Assembly (NCBI GenBank): GCA_009914755.4
Contig: CP086569.2
Coordinates: forward strand, 22,752,001-22,816,000
Direction: 5' to 3'
Length of the DNA: 64,000 nucleotides
Origin: the human T2T-CHM13v2.0 reference genome, Homo sapiens
Positions 55,706-64,000 of this stretch are shown in pieces. The position numbers and the translations under genes were made by a program. The notes under the pieces are model-generated. The model was not told the DNA's origin and made no database searches. It saw only the letters and a program-made list of their open reading frames with translations. Each line of letters opens with the position of its first letter. The first letter of the stretch is position 1.

Positions 55706-58700
55706 AGTTGGAGTCTCTTGAAGGTGAAATTGTTGCTTTGTGGAATTTAGAAAACAGTATATTCATTTACATCAGTTTGGCTTTCATCAGTTTTCTTGCG
55801 AAAAATTAATAATTTTCTATGTAGATTGACATAAAAGAAATTTATGGCCAAAGGCAACTTTAAGTAAAAGCCATGGATTTGCTAAGAGGAAGAGAAGTAG
55901 TGCTGAAGCACTGGGTTGAAGCTTTTGAATTTTAAGTATGCATGTTTATTTTTGAAACTCAGAATTATGAGAGTAAAAAAATTACTATATATATGCATAT
56001 ATAGTATATATGTATACACAGTAACCGTGATATATATATATATATATATATAATCACAATATTCTAATGTTTATTGCCAAGTAGAGTTCTTCTTTATAAA
56101 GGTGATATCACCTATAATTAGAAAATACAAATTAAGAGGAAAAAACACTAGGGTTTTGCTTTTGACATATTAAATATTAAGATGAAAAAGAGACTGAGAT
56201 GCTATCACCAGCTTACAGTAAGACCAGACAGAAAATTTTGAGAGGCCACCAATACTTGAACAGATCATACATTTTGCAGTTAATTTCAATCCTTCAGTTC
56301 TGATAGTTTTGTTTGTTTATGTCCAGTAACTGAGTTCCATATGTCCAGAACTGAGTTCTACACCTGCAGCTTTTACCAGCTCTATGCTCAACAAAGAAAG
56401 TATGGTAGTCTGACTTTATTTGCATTGGGTGAAATTATTTCTTTTGTGTTATTCACCTTTTTTAAGTGCTCACAAATATTTCATTCTTCAGATCTTACCT
56501 GGGATTGACTGAAAGCTCATCTGTCTGTAGTTTGTGCAATAAGCCTTATTTTCAACTGGGAATGTTTTGTTAATTGACAAAAATAGATATGCCAGGAATC
56601 TTCGTTCATTAAAAAATGTGCCTCCATATTCTTTAATATTGTTTTCTCCCTTCTTTAGATTTGAATTGTTTGATTCTAACCTCTGCCTACCTTACTCTTC
56701 TTTTGGCAATAATGAAAAAGTAAGTTAATCAAGAGAGACAGAAAAAAAAATAAGGAGCAACATTTTGGCAGAGAGTTTATCACTTCCCTACCTCAATTTC
56801 CTCTACTGCTATTTCCTCTTTCTCAGGATACATACAAAATAAATGTAGTTTTTACCTCTCTATGGCCTTCCAGATTGCCAGCAGAGGGAGGTAATACCTA
56901 GAGCCTTTAACTTTCCTTAGAGTAGTCAGTGCTAATAGAGTGGCCCTGTTACTATGTAAGGGAACTTCCCCAACATTTGTGGGCATGCTGCATAAGTCAC
57001 CCTTTATTAAAGGACTCTTAGATGACTTTGTCTGTAGGAGCCATCTGCTTTCTGCCTGGATCCCAACTGCTGCTGACAGATGCACAGATTATTTTGGATG
57101 TTGGGGATGTCATCAACAGGTAGACCAGACAGAGAGCTCCTTCTGTTCATGGTATAGGAGAGAAACAGCTATTTAGGTTAATCTGAGGATTTGAAAGAGT
57201 TCTTTTACTTGGAGTAGGACTCCAAGAGTAATAACGTTTGCAATAAAATGCACTAAATACTTTTGTTCTGAAATTTGAGTGTTAGGACTACTCTGAGATC
57301 ATTAAATAGAATTAATATTATATTTATTGCATGAGTACCAAGAAAAGAAACAACAATGTAAAAGCTGTTTAAATGTTTCTGTTAAATGAAATAAGAAAAC
57401 TTAAGGTAGATAATGACTAGGATTTCTTTTGGCCTTCTTATATCTGGCTCCACTGGCTCATGAAATTGTGGTATTTCAGAAAGAACTGCAGAAAGCAGGA
57501 AATGCTATCATAGCTGAGCATGAGGAGTTCAAAAATCACAGGCCAGCTCTGCAGTACAACTGCAAGATGCAGTGAGTCTTGCTCCTTGCCAGTTCCACTT
57601 TGATACAAATACACTTCTTCAGTATGTAAACTTGGCCCAAGTCACACCTGTGCAAATCAGATTTATTTTAATATCAAACATTACTCCCCCATATAGTAAA
57701 GTTTCTCTTTGTCATCTGAGAAAATTCTCTAGTGATAATATGATCTTATATTCATAATAGCAATAACATGGAGAAGAAAGCAAACACACCTAAATGTAAA
57801 ATTTTCAGAGTGCCAGATTTTTTCCACTGTTATCTCTGGATTCTCACCCTAAGGATTACAAACATTCACCGTGTCTTCTGCCCACATGCCCTAGAATGTT
57901 TTGATATGACTGAAAAAGATGGTGAAATCTGTTAAACCCACCTAGTTTGTGTTCTGTTTGTCATTTTTAAAATAGGGACCCTGTTGTTTACTGGCATAAA
58001 TATTCTCAATTAAAAGAGTACAAACAGGATAAGAAAACGTCTCCTTGTGAAGCAAGCCGTGATTTGTTTTGCAATAATTTCTTTTCTGATTCTGAATCTT
58101 TTCAGAATGAGCATTCTGGGTGGCTGAAGGCCCAGATACTAGATTACAAACTTCCGTAAAAAGTTAAGTATTCAGGTGACCGATTTTGTATTGCAACTGA
58201 AGCAAACTCAGACAGGTTAGAGACATTTTAAATCTATGAATATTTTTCTGTGTGTAAAGCTTCTGATGCTTGTGAAAATGTAATGACCCTAATTTATTGA
58301 ATATTAAGTAATTGTTATGTTAGAGGAAAAGCCACAGAAACATGTGTCATCTTAGAAGTAAAACTCCCTATCCACTTTGGTAATACCATCTGGATCATCA
58401 GCAAAAGTCACTTGTTTCATAGGTGCCTCATGGCTTGGGAGAGCCTTGTGTCTCAAATGGGAAAGGCGTGGTGGTGACATAGAAGTCTCCAGGTTTATCT
58501 TAGAAATTTCTTTTCTATTTGTTACCTCAATGTTAACAGCAGTTCAGTAATTTTATGGATTCCTTGATAGATATATGCACACACGGGAGGAGCAAGGCGG
58601 TTTAGCAAAGAGAACATTGCTCTCAGAATCAGACAACTGTTCTTTTGGATCCCTGTTTTGAAGTTAGTTGTTTAATCTTGGACATGTTACCTTAACTTCA

Positions 58701-61509
58701 TTGGGCCTCAGTTTCCTCATTTTTAATGGGGAAAATAATGCCTATTGAGCCATGATGAAAGTGATGAAAGGAGATGGGTTACAACGCAGTGCCTGGGACA
58801 TAAGAAAACACTCAATAAGTGGTGATTGGTATGATTGGTATGATTTTATTATTGTGTGTTCACTGTGGATACATCTGTGCCCCTTCCTACTTCATAATAA
58901 GGATATTGAAGCTTAGATGCTTTCTTCTTCAGTTGCTTTCAAGCTCAAAGAAAGTGTGTTTGTGTTACCAGTTAACTGGTTTCTCAAACTTGTTCTGACC
59001 CTTCCTCGTTCCCCTTTGCACTTTTTCCTCATAAGTTCCTTGCTCTCTTCTACCAGCACTTGACTTATTTTTAACTCTTTACACATTTCTTCTCCTTTCT
59101 GGTCTCATTTTCCTTTCAGTTCTGTTTGTGAAACTTCTCACAGCTGAAACCATAGTCTCATGTTAATAAAAATAGTTGAATGGGAATAGAACTTTTGCAC
59201 TTGCATGCAATGAGGAGGGCAAGCTTCTTTCTCACAGCTTCATTGGAAGGCATTTCAGGACAGTGAGACACAGGCACTGGCTTTGCCTTAGGAAAGTGCA
59301 GTAGCTCTTGAACCTGCTAACGGTGTGACCCAGGGTCAATAAGCTTTAGTCTCCCATCTATAAAACGGAAGCTGTGAGAATTCCTTGACCACAGTGTTTT
59401 TGTGAATGCAGGTTCTTACTTTTTGTCTGAAACTCATGCCGTATGCTGTGGATTTCACAGCACACGAAATCCACAGCATGTGAATTCTGTAGGACCTGCT
59501 GTAGTGAAATGCATTAGTTATTTTCCAGTCAACTGTATGAATATTCATGCCGGGGCAAATAAAGATAATAAATGGGTTCACGTCATTTCAGGTCATAGTA
59601 TTTAACCAAATGAGTTCATGTCTGGCTAGGCTATGCCCCTAAGTTATGAATAAATTTTCAATTTTCAGAGCTGTGGGGATGTGGAAATTGTGCATAATGG
59701 ATTCTGAAGTTGTACCGTGTTACAAAAGACACATGAAGCTGTAGCTGGTACAATAAGCCCTCAATAAATATTAGTGGTTATCACTACCATGGCATCAGAA
59801 ACTGTTTAATGTGGAAGTTTGTCCTTATTATTGCTCTCTTCAACTTTTCAAAACAGTAATATTCTCAATTACATGAATTTTCTTCTCTTCTGTGTCCACT
59901 CACTTTTGAAATTAGCATTTTGTACTCTGCAGCCCTAGAGAATAAAGTGTACTGTAATCCAAAGCAGCATCTGATCCATCATTCTGTCAGTGGATTAATA
60001 AGTGGCAATATGGTGCCTTGCAATGGTGCTATACATCAGGATTTCTTGAACGATTCTCTTAAACAGAAAAGAGGTATGGTAACATCAAGGATCCCAAATT
60101 TTCCAAATGGAGCTGTGGAGGGTAGTCCTTCCAATTCTGACCTTGAGTTTGTAGTTAATACTAAGCAAGGGTCAAAGAGCTTAAGCAAGAGGCAAAGAGC
60201 TTAAGTAAGAGGACAGACCCTTGGAAAAGGCTTTCAGAAGTTGCTATCTGAGAGTCGTTAACATCATACCAAAAGCCCACTACCAGCAAAGAGCTCACCA
60301 TCTCTGCACTTGCTGAAAGCTTTCAAAAACATTACTTCCAGTTCTCTAGAAAGCCATATATTTGCAGAGGACAGAGTTGTCTCTGAGCAGCCTCAAGTGA
60401 AAAAACTTAAAGATTAAAGGAATGGCACCTGGAAGCACTCATGGGCAGTGCAGTGTTGAGGCTACACAGTGGCATTTCCTCCAGACAAGTCTTCTCTACC
60501 CCTTTTCCGAAAGCAAAAAGGAACCTTAAAGTGAAATGTATCTGGAAGGTTAGCCACCTGGACAAAGCGTTGTGTGCTGCTCTGGAGTTGGGTAGCTACC
60601 CTCCATCTCTCCACCCATGATAGAGGGTTGCTGTGAGAGTCAGCAGGACAGACTGGCAAGGTCTAGTGTCTCCTTTACACACAGAGGTGTTTAGATACTA
60701 AGAGCTGTCTTTCCTTTGCTGCCTGTTACTTTCATGCATTTTATTATTGCCAGTGCAATTAACTTAGGTGTTTGAATCATTAGTTTTGTGGATCTTATGC
60801 ATCATAATTTGCTATTTGCAAGGATAACAATTTATTTTTGAACTAATAGAGCTCTTTAGAAACCGCTTGGTATCTTCATGCACCTGGTAATATTCTTGCC
60901 TTGGTTCCTTCTGAACCTTAGGTCTGGACAGATTACATGTGGGTTCCCCAGTCCTTGTTCTGACAGAATGCCCCAGCAGTCACCCACTGAGTCAAGGCAC
61001 AGCCTCTCCAACCCTCCAGACCAAAAGTTTCGGTAAGTACAACTTTCTGATTGATTAGCTTCAGCTGAATCACGTTACTTACTCTGTCAGCCTTCACTTA
61101 TTTTGTTCGTTTTTTTTTTTTTTTAGGTTAATTTTGCAGACCATTTGGCAGTATAGAAGTTAGAATCAGATTGCAAAATGATGTGTGATATTTGAGAATC
61201 ATCTAAATTATGAAGAGAAAAAAGGATGGCTTTTAGCAAATAAGTGGATAATGCATATTTGCTAAACTGGACATGTAGAACATGAGATATGGTATAAATA
61301 AGCATCTTCATAGTTCTGTCAATAGACTCAGTTTATTAAGATAAAAACAAATGTACAAAATATGTGAAAGCAAACAAATGGAGGTTATTTCTAAACTTGG
61401 AAAAATTATACACATCATTAAAAAGTCATTTAAAATATTTTGGCATTGAAATATAAACAGATACATTTTTGTTTTTTGTTTTTGTTTATGTTTTTGTTTT
61501 TTGGTGAGT

Positions 61510-61796
<287 letters not shown>

Positions 61797-64000
61797 TAAA
61801 ATTCTCATTTCCATAACATTGCAATAAATTCAAATGTGGCAGTGGACTCTAGAGCGTGATTCTTGAAACACTAAGGAGTGGGTGTTTTTAGGAACTGGAC
61901 TAGTGGGTTACCAAGGCTGTGATTTGAGTCATGAGGAGACTTCTACCCATACATGGGCCCCACAGCAGAGAGAACTGGCTCCACAATTCCAGGCTCAAGC
62001 TTCAGTGTCTGCACTGAAAAGAAAAGAAAAATAAATATCTATAACGTCTCTTCTTCTCTGAAACATTAATTATGACTATGTTTCCCAATGCTTGTATTTA
62101 GTAAGATTTGAAGCTTACTGTTTTTTTTTTGTCTTTTCAATGCAGCTACAAGGCTACAAGCTATGCAAGGCTAAAGTTATGCTAACTCAACAGTTATGCT
62201 ATAAATTATGTAACCTGTCATTGTCAAATTAGCTTCTGTAGTTCTGCTTTTGTAATTTGGCTTACAAATATCCCCCTCAGTCTTTGTTCAATGCTCAGCA
62301 TTTTTGGATATAAGTCTGCTGAGCCAGGGCACCTAAATACATCCTCCTATTTCCCCATATGAATCTCTGTGGTCCTCTGCTTCCCACAGCATTATTGGCC
62401 AGTCAGCCAGGAGTGGAGATGACAGGTTTCCTGTCTCCTTTGCCCCTGGGGCTTAAGCCCTGGGTCTCAGGAGTCCTGTGACCCAAGGAGCACCACTGGG
62501 AGAACTTCAGCCTGGAGGGGAGATCAGCCATTTTGTGACCTCGTGCCCCTACCAAGCAGTGCAATGGTACCTAATGGGTTATAGGACGATTCCAGGAACA
62601 GCTCACTTCAGAAACCACAGTAAGGTATTGGGACCCAAGGCAGGACACATCCCACAAGGACCAAAAGGGAGCCTAATCACCTCCTAGGTTATAACCGGTA
62701 ATCCAACCCAGAGGTGCTGCAGGCCGCAAGAGTGGTTCACCAATTCAGAAGAAACTTATACCTCAACCAACACAGCATGTGACAGTGGCTCACTAAATCA
62801 GCTCAGAAGGAAACTGGAGGTGGTGAAAGTGACTCGCCACCCCAACCAGGAACATGAGAACTGGTAGAAGGATGATGTGTGAGTGGTGAGGCCTAACTAG
62901 GCTAATCGGCCATAAAGTGAGGAACCACAAGTCTCTTAGTGAAGAATGTGTTCCAAGCCAAGTGTGGGGCTGATCAAGACTAGTGGTGATCCACATATGG
63001 CTAAAAGAAGCTACCCCACAACTTCAGCAATTGTGTTGGGCTTAAGAAACTCTCCAAAGCTAAGTAGTATCTAAAAACCCCCATAATAGGAGATGGTCTA
63101 ACTGGCTGGAAACAAAGGTAAAAAGTGAGCACGAGTACACTGCATCATAACTGAAAAGAAATGGGAAGAGAGTTGTCACAACATACATCATTCAAATATA
63201 TGCTAAAAAAAACTTTAAGAAAGGGTTTACAGGAAACTATAAAATTAAGCTAACCCTGCAAAGGTAAAAAGCTCTCTGTAAACTAAAATGGCCCCCTTTT
63301 GGTATTAAATAGGTGACCCAAAAAACTATACACATAGAAAGAATTGGTCATGAGTTTGAGGTAATGACAGGGGTCTGAGTATAGCCAGGGTACCCAGACC
63401 AATTTTCTTATATTAACTCATAATTAAATATAATACAAACAAGAACAACATGAATCCAGCCCTGCTTCACAGCTTATTGCAAAACACTTGTAGCGCAGGC
63501 CGAGCCAAAAGTGAAAATAGAAGCAGCTTCACCAGCAAACACTGAGTTAAAAGGAAAGTCCCAAGGACAGAAAGGAAACCCAGTTTTAAAAAACTACAAA
63601 AGGAAAAAAAAATTCTCCTCCATTTTTCATAGCCTACCTCCCTTTGCTGAGGCAAACAGCCCCCCAGGAGCTAGGTTCCATTGCCAGTACACCCCAGGTT
63701 TCACCCCAGAGGGAAGAATTGGAGCCTTGAGAGGCCAGTGATGGAATTCAGGATAGTGAACCAGGCTGCCTCAAATCTGATCATGGTCAAGCTATGTAAA
63801 TACCTCTCAGGGAAATGCAAGGACTCATCTGTTATAATGACCAGTGCCACATCCTGGTGTGGGGGGCAGCAAACCTTCCTCTATCAGCCCTTTTCAACCA
63901 CTAATCTCCTAAATGTAAATCAACACACTAACTCCTACAAGGAAAAGCCCCAAGCTCTCATAAATCTAACACAGTCCACCTTTCTAACACACAATCCAAC

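Noticed and set aside
62400-64000. Moderately complex 1.6 kb stretch that vaguely resembles an old LINE 5' region
   Set aside because: I cannot align it confidently to any consensus from memory. Left unannotated rather than guessed.

Overview
This window is primate (human-like) nuclear genomic DNA, not a prokaryotic locus. It is packed with Alu SINEs (more than 20 copies), L1 3'-end fragments, an internally deleted endogenous-retrovirus fragment and many microsatellites. The supplied six-frame ORF track appears to allow non-ATG (e.g. TTG) starts, as at 2778..3080, and almost all of its ORFs are chance frames in intergenic or repeat DNA. The one clear gene is a multi-exon RBMY-family (hnRNP-G / RBMX-like, Y-linked) gene copy on the minus strand at about 11,023-20,662. 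It has eight recognisable exons with GT/AG splice sites, an RRM N-terminus, the RBMY-specific [17 protein letters not shown]...[23 protein letters not shown] segment and a single SRGY box. The first seven exons are intact, but the penultimate exon carries a frameshift and the last exon a premature TGA, so it is a pseudogene or truncated copy. That gene places the window on a Y chromosome, as an inference. The gene is flanked by two directly repeated ~6 kb paralogous blocks (1-6,373 and ~21,015-26,809, roughly 85% identical, indel-rich). Each block carries a CpG-island-like promoter with a palindromic CCAAT/Y-box, and the two copies have lost CpGs to very different degrees. The most unusual structure is a ~6 kb tandem array (about 34,630-40,590) of a 66-bp unit that is internally a 33-bp diad. 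It shows a divergence gradient, keeps triplet periodicity (22-codon units, open frames on both strands, no intact long ORF) and is split by a young AluY-like insertion with an intact target-site duplication. I could not assign the array to any repeat family I know. No CRISPR arrays, rRNA or tRNA genes were seen.
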